Origin: Bilabrum cf. latius
Lineage: Eukaryota
Length of the DNA: 64,000 nucleotides
Assembly: GCA_965178125.1 (NCBI GenBank)
Contig: OZ237772.1
Span: forward strand, 1-64,000
Reading direction: 5' to 3'
The notes under the pieces were generated by a model, which was given only the letters and a program-made list of their open reading frames with translations, made no database searches and was not told the origin of the DNA. Positions 1 to 13,418 of this stretch are shown here, one piece after another; position 1 is the first letter of the stretch; the number at the start of each line of letters is the position of its first letter. Made by a program: the position numbers and the translations under genes.

Positions 1-971
1 ACCCTAACCCTAACCCTAACCCTAACCCTAACCCTAACCCTAACCCTAACCCTAACCCTAACCCTAACCCTAACCCTAACCCTAACCCTAACCCTAACCC
101 TAACCCTAACCCTAACCCTAACCCTAACCCTAACCCTAACCCTAACCCTAACCCTAACCCTAACCCTAACCCTAACCCTAACCCTAACCCTAACCCTAAC
201 CCTAACCCTAACCCTAACCCTAACCCTAACCCTAACCCTAACCCTAACCCTAACCCTAACCCTAACCCTAACCCTAACCCTAACCCTAACCCTAACCCTA
301 ACCCTAACCCTAACCCTAACCCTAACCCTAACCCTAACCCTAACCCTAACCCTAACCCTAACCCTAACCCTAACCCTAACCCTAACCCTAACCCTAACCC
401 TAACCCTAACCCTAACCCTAACCCTAACCCTAACCCTAACCCTAACCCTAACCCTAACCCTAACCCTAACCCTAACCCTAACCCTAACCCTAACCCTAAC
501 CCTAACCCTAACCCTAACCCTAACCCTAACCCTAACCCTAACCCTAACCCTAACCCTAACCCTAACCCTAACCCTAACCCTAACCCTAACCCTAACCCTA
601 ACCCTAACCCTAACCCTAACCCTAACCCTAACCCTAACCCTAACCCTAACCCTAACCCTAACCCTAACCCTAACCCTAACCCTAACCCTAACCCTAACCC
701 TAACCCTAACCCTAACCCTAACCCTAACCCTAACCCTAACCCTAACCCTAACCCTAACCCTAACCCTAACCCTAACCCTAACCCTAACCCTAACCCTAAC
801 CCTAACCCTAACCCTAACCCTAACCCTAACCCTAACCCTAACCCTAACCCTAACCCTAACCCTAACCCTAACCCTAACCCTAACCCTAACCCTAACCCTA
901 ACCCTAACCCTAACCCTAACCCTAACCCTAACCCTAACCCTAACCCTAACCCTAACCCTAACCCTAACCCT
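1..971. repeat. Telomere, (CCCTAA)n / TTAGGG-type
   Basis: Perfect CCCTAA hexamer array from base 1 to about 971. Confidence 0.99.
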
Positions 972-984
972 GGGCTGTTCTTGC

Positions 985-1090
985 TGGGAGGAGCCGTGTG
1001 AGGGCGGTGGATGGCTCCGGCATCTCAGTGCATCATGCCTGTTCTGGCCGGGAAGAGCAGTGTGAGGGCGGTGGATGGTTCCGGCGAATC
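985..1090. repeat. Telomere-adjacent degenerate tandem dimer (~61 bp period)
   Basis: Two copies of gtgtgagggcggtggatgg(c/t)tccggc directly after the telomere. Confidence 0.6.
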
Positions 1091-1332
1091 AGAGGGTCCG
1101 GCGTGTTTTGGCCGGGTTGAGGATAGGGTAGATTGGTGTTTGAGTGTTTGGTGTTTGGTGTTTGTTGAAAGGTGAACTTGTCTGCAACCGGATTTCCTCT
1201 GCAACCGGATTTCCTGGAAGACCCAGTGTTGGTCAAGAAGTTCTCGAGTTCCGGTTTATAGGGTAGGCCAACGGCATGCGTGGTGCAAGAACAACATGTA
1301 TCCACACTCCCACACTTCAAGGACATTACTAG

Positions 1333-4300
1333 ATGGACATAGCTTCGATATGGTCGCGGTGTAGAACAATTATAAGCGAACGCGACCTTCACTTGGCCGG
1401 GAAACGCATAGTGGTCCCAGAAGTACAGTCGTGGAAGCGTCTCATGGGGTCATGCATGGTCAGTCACCCTGAGCCCAAGATATTGGTCTAGAATTTGGCA
1501 ACCACATTGCAGGCCTCGAAACTGTCTCTGGTAAGACGTGGCTGCATTAATATTCAAAGCTCAACTGGCAATGCAAGCATCCCGATCATGTGAATCGTCA
1601 CGTACGGTACTTCCGGTTCGATTTCGTTCGCAGATTGTATCGCCCCCAGGACCAACGGGGACACTACTTCTGTAGACTTTGGCTGGCATATGCAAGTATG
1701 AATAGCCATGTGCGTCAAGTAGCTAGGCATCTGGAGGCCATGCAGCCCAAAGTCGAGCAGCCGAGCCACATGGCAGCATTCGATACGTGCCTCGAACTGA
1801 CAGCCATCAGTGCATGCTATCTGTTGAAGAGACGATGGCACTTGCGGTTGGCCTCTCTGTGGATATTCTTGACTCATCCATCACTGAGGAGAAGGCCGCG
1901 AGCCATCTGCTAGAAATGTTTGGGCTTTTGCGTCTGAAAGACACACTCGTAGGAAGTAGCTGGGATTCCAGCCACGGAAATGGGCATTCCGGAATATCTG
2001 GGGGAGAGGTAAGATGTCATGGCTGCCACGCGCGCTTGTCTTGGGTTCGCCGCATTCAGCATGGATGCCACACCATTGCTTTGACCGATGCCTCTTGCAT
2101 TTTCAACAGTCCCATTGTTTCATCACCACAGGCTAGACGACTATCAATTGCAGAAGCAATTTCCACCCCGATGGCAGCTATGCTCCTCGACGAGCCGACT
2201 AACGGGCTGGATGCTGGCTGGGCGCTCCGAACTGTGGAGCTGCTTGGCCAGCTGGCCCGGTAGGCTCGCATCCCTGTGGTCATGACGCTGTAGTAGCCCT
2301 CGATAGATATATTCCAGCTGTTTGAGCACGTGGTCGTGCTTGGACTGGACGGGCAGTGCATATACGAGGGGCCCCGGCAGGACGTGGCTCGGAGCTTGGT
2401 CTAGCGCGGCCTCGAGTGCCCGCTCCATGTGTCCCTCCCCGAGTGGCTCGTGGCGCTGGCATGCTCTCCGGGGGATGTACTGGCTGCGCACTGCCATCGA
2501 TCGGGTTCACAGATCGCATCACCATCCCCAAGCAGCCCCCTCTGGACACACGGCAAGAGCTGCGAGGAAGGCGCAGGGCCGGGGGTGGGCGGCAAACAAG
2601 GGCAAGTCACAGATGCAGTCAGCGGACAGATGTGCAATGACACTGGAAGTATCGCAGAGTCAAACACTACCGGAGACAATGTAGGCTAGGAAAGAGTGAA
2701 GGCCGCCATCAGCCAGCTGGGCTCGAGCACCAGTAGTTTGCCAGCTCAAGTCCCCACGCAGGCCACTGTGTCTAGATCTGTTCAGGATACTCGCATGCCA
2801 GTACCTCCAGGTTGGACTACGCCGGATGCGGGCCGTTCCGAATTAGGCTCGCTGGACCGCATCTTCCACGAGCTGAGGCTGCTGCTGTGGGCAGATTGCC
2901 TTGTCGTGTGGCGGGACACTGCATATGTGAAGGCACACATTGTGAATGCAATTGTCATTGGGCTGCTGATTGGAGGGGTATACTTCCAGCTCGACTCCAC
3001 CGATTACTAGCAGTAAGCCGCATCTGTGCATCACTAGCGCTTTGCCTCCTTAGCCTTCCCCTCACCTCCCTCTCCAAGATTACACGCCGTGCCATCGTTC
3101 CGTCGCAGGGTGGTGTCGTTGTCGTATTTCTGCTACCTGTACTTGGTATCAGGTAACATCACAGTGATTCCGCTTGCTTTGAGATCCAGAGAAGTCGCCG
3201 CGAAGCATGTGCTCGCGTCGCGCGTTCGCTGGCCCTGTGCGCAGGCCTTGAGCGCGTGCCTAGCTACAATACCGATCGCAGTATTGGAGTGCATCATCGT
3301 GTCGACCTGCTTCTACTTCATGGCAGGGCTCGTTCCGAATGCTGCGTCATACTCCCTCTTTCTTGGAATCGCCATTCTGGTGGACGTGGCGATGGCAGGC
3401 TATTTCAGATGCGTGGCCTGGCTGAGCGGGTCGAGAGGGTACGCCTTTGCCCAGTCGGTTGCTCTCGGCCCCTTGGCACTGATTCAGCTCACGAACGGGT
3501 TCGTGGTTACGCAAGAGAACCTCAGCCCGCTCTTCCAAGGCATTTATTGGGCTAACCCTCTCGCGCATGGGATTCGGGCGGTGGCAATAGACCAGTTCCA
3601 GTCCCCTCGCTATGACCACAGGCTGCTGTTGGCGGCACCTCTGAATGGGTCTGCTGCCCTAGGTCCGCGGGCAGGAGATGCCTATTTGAATGCTTTCTAG
3701 ATTTCAACAGAAAGAGGGGAATTCTGGGTTCTGGTTAGCCTAATGGTCCTCGTTCTGCAGGCCGTGTGTTGCACCGGATGCTCCATTGTGGCCTTCTCCT
3801 GCTGCATAGCTTCACCTGGAGATACTGCCATTCGCCATGCACGACCTGGGGTAAAACATGCTCGCAACGTGTTGGATGCCCTGGAGCGTGCGTCAGGCAA
3901 TCCATCGCATTCGGTCTAGGTATGTGAGGGTCGCCAGCCTGTCCCAAAACATGCATCGCCTCGATGCAGCATCGCTTGGCAGGACCTGTCGGTTGCAGTG
4001 CACACCGATGCAGAGGACAAAGAAATACTGAGTAATGTCTATGGGATCTGTAGCAGTGGGCAGGTCGCGGCAGTCATGGGCAAGTCCGGGGCAGGGAAGA
4101 GCACGCTCATGAATGCGCTCGTTGGTGCGGCCCCAGCTGCTAGCTCAGTGCAGGGGACTGTGCGCGTTGGATTTGCGAACGATCCTAGACGCGGTAGGCC
4201 TGCGGTTGCATACGTAGAACAATTTTCCCACCTTGTGCCGCAGCAGACTGTGCTGGAGACATTGCAGTTCTCGGCAGCACTTCGACTACCATCCAACACA

Positions 4301-5788
4301 TGCGAGCACGTTAGGCATACTATCGTATCCGGCGTGTTGAGGGCACTGGAGCTAGATGGGATCAAAGACAGCATTGTGGGCTACCAGGAGTCTGGAGGCC
4401 TAGGCCTAACAGAGCGCAAGAAGGTTGCGATAGCGGCAGAGCTTGTAGCGCGCCCCAGCATTGTGCTACTCGATGAGCCCACCACGGGGCTCGACAGCGT
4501 GGAGGCTACTCACATGATGCGCATGCTCCGCAAGCTTGCTGACAGTGGTCTTGCGGTGCTTATATCACTGCATTAGCCCAGTTCCGCAGTATTCTTCCAG
4601 CTTGATGTTCTCCATCTGCTGGATGCTGGGCGAGTGCTATACTCTGGCCCGATAGGGCGAGGGGCTGCCTCATTGGTTTCCAGCTTACGTTTTACATCAG
4701 GGGCTGGTCCGATGCCGGCCAGCGTTAACCCGGCGGACTGGATGGTATCTGCCGTTGAGGCTTCAATTGTGCCTGTTTCGGCAATGGCAGGGCGGTTTCA
4801 ATCATCGCGTTCAGGTGCAGCTGTGCTGTCCGAAGTCGCTCGTTCTGTGGCTGTCGATACTGCGGCCGGCAGGCATTCCGTGGATGATACAGGGACTTTA
4901 CCGAACTGTCTGACCCGGTTTTGCCTCTTATTGCAAAGGTCTTCCTTAGTGTATTGGCGCGATCATGGTTACAACACCACCAGGGTCATTGTACTGCTGG
5001 GTGTGGCGTTAGTGTTTGGTTCTGCTTACTTTCAGCTGCAGGATACTGACCAGGCTGGCGTTTACAGCGTGATAGGGGCATCGTACATGGCTGCCAACTA
5101 TGCGGCCCTGCTTCTCATGGCTAGCTCGATCCCGCCGGTTATCCTTGCACGGCCGTACGTATCAAGGCAGGTGAGGCTTGGGTACTATTCTGCAGAGGCG
5201 CACGCACTTACCACGTCCCTGTTGGAGATCGTATGGTTGCTTATTATTGGGTTAATGTTCTCCAGTATTTTCTACTTTTTGCTTGGGCTCGATCCGTACA
5301 ATTTTGGGGGATACTTTGGGGCGCAAGCTGCCGTATCGATCGTGTTTGTGCTGTTCGGACATGTCGTGGCGAACACCGCTTCGACTCAGCAAGCGGCTCT
5401 GGGGGCAGCCAACGCAATCATGTCACTAAGCTTCGTGTTTGCTGGATTTGTGGTCCCTGCCTCCGATATGGGTGTGGGCTGGCGCTGGATCCACCGAGTG
5501 GTGCCCATCCGGCATGCGCTTGGGGCCCTGGTGGTGCAAGCCTTCCATTGCCCCGATGGACAAGAAGACCACACTGCCAACTAGCCCGGGCCGTGCTCGC
5601 CGGTCACGATCGTGAGGGCTGGAAGCATTCGGACTGGCGTGGCCAAGTCAAGCTTTGTGGAAGAGGCAATGGGCTTCAGATTCCAGGACTACTGGCTGTA
5701 CATGGGCGTACTCGCTGCGTATGCTTGTGGTTTCATAGCACTGACAGTGGTCATTGCTAAGTGCAGGCATGCATCGAGCATGGCCTAA
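1333..5788 (+). CDS. Full-size ABCG/PDR-type ABC transporter (NBD-TMD-NBD-TMD); start uncertain (1276, 1333 or 1444)
   Basis: GISGGE-ARRLSIAE, LLDEPTNGLD, GKSGAGKST, LLDEPTTGLD and two TMDs. Predicted GT-AG introns at 1531-1633, 2009-2131 and 3013-3108. About 14 in-frame TAG, including TL[TAG][TAG]PS at 2291-2296 and LH[TAG]PS at 4574. Ends at TAA 5786-5788. Confidence 0.88.
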
Positions 5789-6044
5789 TTTCAGTTCGCA
5801 ATGCGGACACGGGGAACGACGTGAAAAATTGTGCCAAGCCGGAGTCCGACAGCCAGAGACCGGCTCGATCACGGGTCTTGAGCCTTCTGGACACGTACAT
5901 TGAACCTAGACTACAGATCAGTTGTTCCTTCAACCACACCCATTGGCTCATCTTCACGGCTGCTGCAATCCTCACTGGTTGGCAGTTAGAACAAACAAGT
6001 TCCTGCCCCCGGTCCCGTGGACCCACTGGGCTTCACCCCGAACG

Positions 6045-7045
6045 ATTCGGATTGGTTCTTCACCGGGCCTGAATGCGGTATTCATCTGACACTACGAATG
6101 AACACGCCACTTTCCCAATGCACCCGACTGGCCTCGTCGCCACATGGCTTCCTGTCCCTGTTCCCCGCCCTACGAATCGTGTGCTTTGCTCCCTGCATTG
6201 CCACCTTGGCCCTATCCATTCAGCTTGCACGAGCCGGTCCTGGCCGACCTGCCGTGCGCCCCATCTATCCACCCACCTGTTGGCCCTCTGCGTACTGCTG
6301 GCCACACAGCCCGCTGCCACACGCGTCTCCCTCGTGCCTTGCACCTGGAGCCCCCATTCCTCCCGTTGTGTTCTCCCTGTTGACACCGCACTATCGTCGT
6401 CTGTGCCGGTGTCCCCCTCTTCTTCTCCACCTCCTGTCCTCCTGCGCCCCCCTCGTCTTCCGGCTCACCTATGCTCCCCGTTGCTTCAATCCTGATGTCC
6501 AAGTACATATAACAGCTGACAAACATCCATAGATTTGATAAGTGGGGTCTATATTCGGTATGTGTACATGGACATTAGAATTGCAGCGACGGGGATTAGA
6601 GATGAGCCAGAATTCGAGGCGGACGCCGACGGGCAGGAAGGGGACAGGAACAAGAGAAGACACCGGCACAGGCGACGATAGTGCGGTGTAAGTGGGAGAA
6701 CACGACGGGAGGAAGGTGGCTTCAGGGGGCAGACGCGAGTGGCAGCGGGCTGCTCGGCCAGTAGCGCGCAGAAGGCCATCAGGTGTGGGTGGAAGGACGG
6801 GGCGCACGGCATGTCTGCAAGGAGCTGTGCGTGCAAGCTGAGGGAATAGGTACTGGTGATGCATGGAGCAGCGCATAAGAACTTTAGGGCGGGGAACGAG
6901 AACGGGAAACCATGCAGCGACGAGGCCAGTAGACGTGCATCCATATGGATGGGGACGGTGGTGTGTTCATTCGTAGTAGGCTACCCTAGTCTATCAGAAG
7001 AATACCGCATTCATGGTTCTTAAGGAGACAGAGTCTGATTCGTTG
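6045..7045. repeat. Imperfect ~500-bp-arm inverted repeat (foldback) between convergent genes
   Basis: About 6045-6530 is reverse-complementary to about 6535-7045 (gaatgcggtattc and ctacgaatgaacac occur on both arms). The + and - ORF translations share TPHYRRLCRC. Confidence 0.75.
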
Positions 7046-7143
7046 TGGACGTCAAAATATCATTTTGGACGCATGCATGCATTCGACACATCTGGATCAA
7101 TGATTCCGGATCCGACCCACGCCTCGCTCTCCTGTTCGCTGTG

Positions 7144-10100
7144 TTACCACTGGAATTGCACGTTTATGGCGTTTTGTAGGCTGCTGCTGCCAGCCACTCG
7201 CACCTCCACGGTCCCATCCGGCACAGAGAGAGTTCCGTTGCCCGCCGAAACCATGCTCCAGCCCGGTGTACCGCCACTTTCGGGGATGAGCTTGCCATCT
7301 ACGGATACTTTGGACGGTTTCAGGCCGTGGGCGATCAATCGTACCCACACGGCCCTGCTGGCTGGCATATCTTGGTACACACCTTGCTGAGGACCTAGTG
7401 TCACTTCCAGATCCATGGCGCCGGGGCTGTCTGCAGGGGTACCCACAGTGTAATTGTAAGATGCAGGGATTCTGGCCTTGCCACTGGGAGCATCACTAGT
7501 ATCAGTCTGTGACTGATACTGTAAGGTGCGACCGTCATCCTCGTAGTACACCCCCAAACCCGATCCATCGTCTCCACAGCCAGGCTTGAGCGCCCAGACA
7601 AGAGGCGACGGCACGCTGGCCTGCGAGACTATAGTCTGCATCGGAATCATAGCGCCAGCCCTCCAGTAGATGGGCACATCCTGAAGACTCGATTCCTCTG
7701 CCAAGAGTGTACCACCCGCAATGACTGCGGTGGGAGGGTCCCCCCATCGGCACCACTGCTGAGCATGTAGACCGGATGTGCTGTTCATGGGCAAATACAC
7801 GGACGTGCTTGCTTTGCCAGTGGTATTGTCAGTCGGCACAGAGACGGGGGCTACCAATAGGCTGGGACCGAACATGTACTGTGCACCGAACGCACCATAC
7901 GCCCCTGAGTCGCGGGAGAACTCCATGTACGTGGGTCGGACAAGCACCAAGCCAGTATCGTATGCCTGTCGCGCTGTCGTGTAGATGTACGGCTGCAGCG
8001 CGTTCCTGAGATGGAACGACTCCCTCATGATGTCGAAGTGCTGGAACTCCCAGAAATACCTGTTGCAGTGGTTGCAGTGCGACCGGAATATGGGGGACAG
8101 AGCTCCAAACTGCACCCAGCGCAGCAGCAACTCAGTCCCAGTGCTATTGTTCGGATCAGCGTCACCGGGACAGCCCTTTCCTGTGTGAAATCCACCTGCA
8201 TTGGTCGTTCAGAAGACGCGAGCGCGATATGCACAGGGGCATGTCCAAGGATGGTGCGATTGCTAAGTACCGCGCTCATCAGCTCACGGCGCTTTTCAAC
8301 TCACCAATATCATGCGACCAGGTCATGGCCTCGGCTGCAGCCCACTGTGTAGCCCGCACCTAAAAGTCGAGCGTGACGAAGGACTGGAAGGTGTCGCCAC
8401 TGAAGCCCACAGGATAGCGGTGGTTGCCCCGCTCGCCTCCATTGCGCGATAACACCACGGGCCGAAGGCAGCCTCCTCTTGATCGTTGCTGTCTCATGCT
8501 GAAGAGGTAGTTTTGCCACAACTGCGGACTCCGAGTGCCCTGGCAGCCCGTGTCATCAGTCCAGGGGTACGTCTCGTTGAGAGGAGCGGCGTCCAGATAC
8601 ACGTCGAACACAGCGTTTGCGAAGGTCTCGTTGCTCCAGTGGCACTTAATGGTGTCATTGGTGGAGGGGTCAACTCCCATCTTCCGGGCGACTTGTGGGT
8701 ATCGCAGCTGGCAGTGGTCCACTCCAGTGGTGGGGTGCAGGTTGAGCACGAGGGGCAGGGCGTGACCCAGCGGGTTTGAGTCTGACTGCAGGTACTAGAT
8801 CCACGCCTGAGGGTCCTCGTGGAACAGAGACTGATTGAAATCGAACCCACCCCACGTGTTGCACCCATCCTCGTGGATCTCCGTGTGCCAGCTGCAGGGG
8901 CGGGTGCGTGCGTGTGTGGAAGGGATCCGGGGCAGAATTGGAACAGCATCGCGAGATGGAAGGGCAACCGGTGCGAATGTGCGGTAAACAGCCTTCAGTT
9001 GTTTCATGACACACCACAGTGCGCTACGATCTCACTCCATGTCCATCACCGCCACTGTCAGTGGCAGGTCGTGGGCGGCGTACTGCTGAAGCACCTCTTG
9101 GACGTACGAGTCCCACGAGTACGTGTAGTATCTGCTCCACCACACGTTGTAGAACGGGCGAGGCATCATGGGCGGCCTGCCAGTGAAATTGACGAACATC
9201 TGCATGCCAGCGCTGAAGTCCAGGCCGTAGTGGAACAGGTACAGGTCCTGCCGCTGACCCCCTGCAGGGGACGTGTACCACGGGAGGCCAGCACTGTCGA
9301 AGCGGTCCAGGTCGAACTGCGTGTTCAGGGAGTCGTCCACCACGGTGTACCCGTCCAAGTTCAAGAAACCGGGGCGCAGGCTCTTGTTGTAGTACAGCGC
9401 GACGCACTCATCAGGGGTCGAGTAGCAGTCCAGCGCAGAGAAGGTTCCGTTGAGGTTTGCCGAAGGGGCGTCCCCTGGTTCCCAATTACTGGCAGTGGAG
9501 CGAAGCCTCCCATCCAGCAGAGGAACTGCATCCACCTGCTTAAACTCGGCTTGCAGGAAGCCACGCTGGAAGCCGTGGCCCAGTAGACCCCCCACCGTCC
9601 GATCTGGTTTGGCATGGATGCCCCCTACATCGAAAAGCAGCCAACAGTCAACGGCAGCATAGGGTCTGCGATCACGGATTGTGTTTGATGCGTACACGAA
9701 AGTCTCGCACTGGGGATCGCCAGCGCATGCATTGCAGCATGCCTCGAGAGACGACGCCGCGAGGCCGTTCGGGTACTTGTCGGTCCTCTAGCCACCATTG
9801 GCATCGTATCCTACGCTCCAGCTCGTTGTGTTACACGTTTTTGTACAGGGTTTGACTTGGTCGCGGTACGTAATCGACATTCTGGCCGTCTCGATCCGTA
9901 TGGAGCTTGCGTTAGGGTGGGATACAGAAAACTTTGGGACTGGAGAGAGCCTATTGACCACGGATAGCGTTGGCGGCCCATCTGAGAGATTCAGTGATGT
10001 ATTAAGCGCGTATTGCATACGCACAGCTCCCGCAGCGAGCACTGTGAATCGAGCCTGGCCAAAGCTGAGTACTGACGTCGGATCGGCGATTGGATCGGCG

Positions 10101-10192
10101 GGGCTTGTGTTGGGAATCTTCGCAGTTTCTCCTCCACTTGAAAGGAACATAAGCAGAGAGGCAGGTACGATGAAACCTATCTTGATGCCCAT
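7144..10192 (-). CDS. Secreted glycoside hydrolase family 31 with a PAN/apple-like insert
   Basis: Signal peptide, WWSRY, VMDMDWH (split by an intron), LNLHP, GNHRYPVGFSGDT, TLDF[TAG]V...WSHDIGG (intron), RWVQFGALSPIFRSH, QYMFGPSLLVAPV. In-frame TAG at 9788, 8795 and 8360. Ends at TAA. Confidence 0.9.
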
Positions 10193-10542
10193 AGTAGACT
10201 GCAATATATTGTACTGCACTTCGGGCATTCAGCATGCCGTGGGTCAAAGCGGAACAATTCTTGCGCGGCGCCAACTTGAATCCGGAGAAAAATCAGATTC
10301 GGCGATCGAGCAGCTTAGATTGGCAGCGCTTGAATTTAGCACTGCGTCATCTAAAGGTCGCGCCATCGGCTCGAGCTTGTGCATCTAAATTAATCGTCTC
10401 GTATTTTGACCCGCTGCAGGGCTTACGAATTGTACGAGCTTGCGAAGCTGCGACATGGCACTTGAAACTCCGCAGCGTGGGGGTGCCCAGGCTCCTGGAT
10501 CATCGCCTGTCAAGTAGAAACGGACCTCAGCGTTCCCCTCTT

Positions 10543-13418
10543 ATGAAGATGATAGTGGTTAGTTGATATTTTATTTTCCCGCCCAGCAGCCTGGTTTGGT
10601 AGCGCAAGTGGTTCTAAAAGCGGCGTGTATCTCGACCGACGATTCGTGCATTTTGGTTTGCCTGTTCGCAGCGGTGATTGAGACATTTATCTGTTCGTAT
10701 CGAGAGCCAAGCAATGAGTTGGTTCCATTGAGCACCGAGGCCAATGAGGCCGTTGACGAACTTGGAGATGACGCCTCTCCGTTGGATCGCTTGAGAGCCC
10801 GAGCTTCCGCGTATACAGCACCAGACCAGGCCTCGGACGCGTTGCAGAATGCCGGCTACATCTATGCTGCCCTTGCTCTGGACTTGGCAGCTAGGTCCGC
10901 GAGCGATGCGGTTGTTCGGCTGGAAGATTTGCTTCTAGTGAGGCCGCAGCTCGAACGCTTGTTATCCGACCTGCGTATCCCGGCTAAGCAAGCGATCTTG
11001 CATTTGCTTCTGTAGAAATCTTCCGGCGGCTTACAATTTTCAGATTTAGCTTTTGTGCGTTCCTTCATTTTGCCGCAGTCGGACGTGAGCGGCGCGCGCG
11101 ACGTCGCCTCCCGGGCGCATTCGAACTCGTGCAGGTACACTGAGCTGTTCGCGGGTGCCCTGGAGCGGGTGGGCAGGGCAGCATGGGCGGACCACTGGGG
11201 GTCTGTGGATGACGCTGCAGCACTGGGGGGCCCATCCTCCTCCGAGGGCGGAGACTCCCTGGACGTCATGTTCGCGCACCGGCTGGAGAGGGAGCGGCAG
11301 GCTGCCGCCGAGCAGCTTGGGGAGGAGGCCGCGCGCAAGGTGGATCCCACTACACTGTTTCCTGCCGCATTACGCAGACGCTTTGAAGTGCGACTGGAGG
11401 CCTCCACCTCCTCCCGCCCCGCGTCTTTGAGGGACGTGCGCGCGGGCGATGTGGGACACCTGGTGCGCGTGCGGTGCGTGGTAACGCGGGCGTCTGAGGT
11501 TAGGCCGCTGGTGCGGGTTGCCACGTATGTGTGTGATGAGTGCGGGTATGAGCTGTACCAGACGGTCCATGGCAAGACCTTTTTGCCGCTGACCAAGTGC
11601 CACTCCCCTGTGTGCGAAGCCAACGGGACCGAGGGGAGGGTCTCGCTCATGGTGCGCGGGTCTAGGTTCGACAGGGTGCAGGAGCTGAGGGTGCAAGAGC
11701 TGCCGGGGCAGGTGCCCGTGGGACACGTCCCTCGCGCCATGACGGTCGTCTGCAGGGGCTCGCTGGCCCGTGTGGCGCGCCCCGGGGACACGGTGGTGCT
11801 CGACTGCGTGCTGACCCCTTCGCCCTACCAGGGTTACAGGGCCATCCGGGCGGGGCTGCTGGCCGAGACCCACCTCGAAGCCAGCGGGCTTAGGGTGGTG
11901 AGGGGCGACCGAGGGGCCAAGGCCCGTGCCCAGCGCGCGAGGGAGAGGCAGGCCCGGCTGGAGCGGAAGGAGGGGGGCGAGGGAGAAGGGGGGGGAGGGC
12001 CCACCGCGCAGGACGCAGCAGATGAGGGGGGCAGTGGCCCGGAGGGCGAGGGCGGGGATCCGTTTGCGGATGAGAACATGCTGGACCCAAGCCCGTCTCT
12101 GCTGCAGGCCATGGACGAAGCGGCTGAGGACCCACAGATCTACTCGAAGCTGGCACGCAGCATCGCCCCGGAGATCTGGGGCCATGAGGACGTCAAGAAG
12201 GCCCTGCTGCTCATGCTTGTGGGAGGGGTCACTTCCGAGCAGAGCGACGGGCTGCGGATCCGCGGCGACATCAACGTGTGCCTCATGGGAGACCCCGGAG
12301 TGGCCAAATCCCAGCTGCTCAAGCACGTCACTACTCTGGCGCCCCGGTGCGTGTACACGACGGGCAAGGGGTCCAGTGGCGTGGGCCTCACTGCCGCCGT
12401 GGTGAAGGACGCGGTGACGGGAGAGCTGGCCCTGGAGGGAGGCGCCCTGGTGCTGGCGGACAGAGGCATCTGCTGCATCGACGAGTTCGACAAGATGGAG
12501 GACTCCGACAGGACGGCCATCCACGAGGTCATGGAGTAGCAGACCGTCTCTATCGCCAAGGCCGGCATCACCACGTCGCTGCACGCGCGCACCGCCATCC
12601 TCGCCGCGGCCAACCCAGTGTACGGCCGCTTCCGCCGCAACCTGGCCGCCGACCCTCACTCGAACCTGCTGCGGAACGTGAATCTGCCCGCCGCGCTGCT
12701 CTCTCGGTTCGACCTGCTCTTCCTGCTGCTCGACGTGCCGGACGCTGACAGCGACGCGGCCCTCGCGCGGCACGTGACCTTCGTGCACCAGCAGGGACAC
12801 CACCCGCCCCTGGACTTCGAGCCGCTCTCACCAGCCTTCCTGCGGTGCTACGTGCACACGGCCAAGCAGGTGAACCCGCACGTGCCGAGGGAGCTGCTGG
12901 GCATGCTAGTCGAGAGCTTCGTGGAGATGCGCCAGCGGGACGACCAGGCCGCCAGGCAGGGCGCGCAGGCCGGCGGGGCCAGGGGCGTGATGACGGCCCG
13001 CCAGCTGCTGTCAGTGCTGCGGCTGGCGCAGGCGCATGCCCGGCTCGAGTTCCGTGAGAGCCTGACCGAGGTGGACGTGCGGGAGGCGGTGCGGCTGGTG
13101 CATGCCAGCAAGAGCTCCGTGCTGGTCTCGCAGGACGGGGCGGGGGCGCAGGGAGGCCGGGGCGCGGGCGAGGCCCCGCGGGACGACTGGCGGTCCCGCG
13201 TGTTCGAGGCCGTGCGGGAGGGCATTCTGCAGCAGCAGGCGCAGGACGTGGACGGGGGCAGCAGCAGCGGGATCCCAGTGGCGGATGTGCGGGCGCGAGC
13301 GATCCGCATGGGAGTCAGCGGCGCCCAGGTGGAGGCGGCGCTGCAGGAGTATGTGGAGCTGTCCATCCTGCAGCTCAACCCCGCAGGCACTGTCGTGAGC
13401 ATGGTGCTGGGCGACTGA
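10543..13418 (+). CDS. MCM7: DNA replication licensing factor MCM7 (5' end approximate)
   Basis: CDECG zinc finger, [41 protein letters not shown][TAG][27 protein letters not shown]. In-frame TAG at 11013 and 12537. Ends at TGA. Confidence 0.95.

Noticed and set aside
3011-3108. In-frame TAA at 3014, suggesting TAA is also reassigned
   Set aside because: It lies inside a predicted GTAAG..GCAG intron (3013-3108) whose removal preserves the frame.
7776-7800. Pyrrolysine or selenocysteine-type recoding as the explanation for UAG readthrough (window-wide; coordinates nominal)
   Set aside because: TAG is frequent, sometimes tandem, occurs in unrelated genes and aligns with Gln. This fits general reassignment rather than site-specific recoding.
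9030-9040. Apparent TGA stop in GH31 (MDME*)
   Set aside because: It is part of a GTGAG splice donor. Splicing restores DMDWH.
11370-12803. Long antisense ORFs over MCM7 (also over NOG2 and RRP9)
   Set aside because: Shadow ORFs caused by high GC3.
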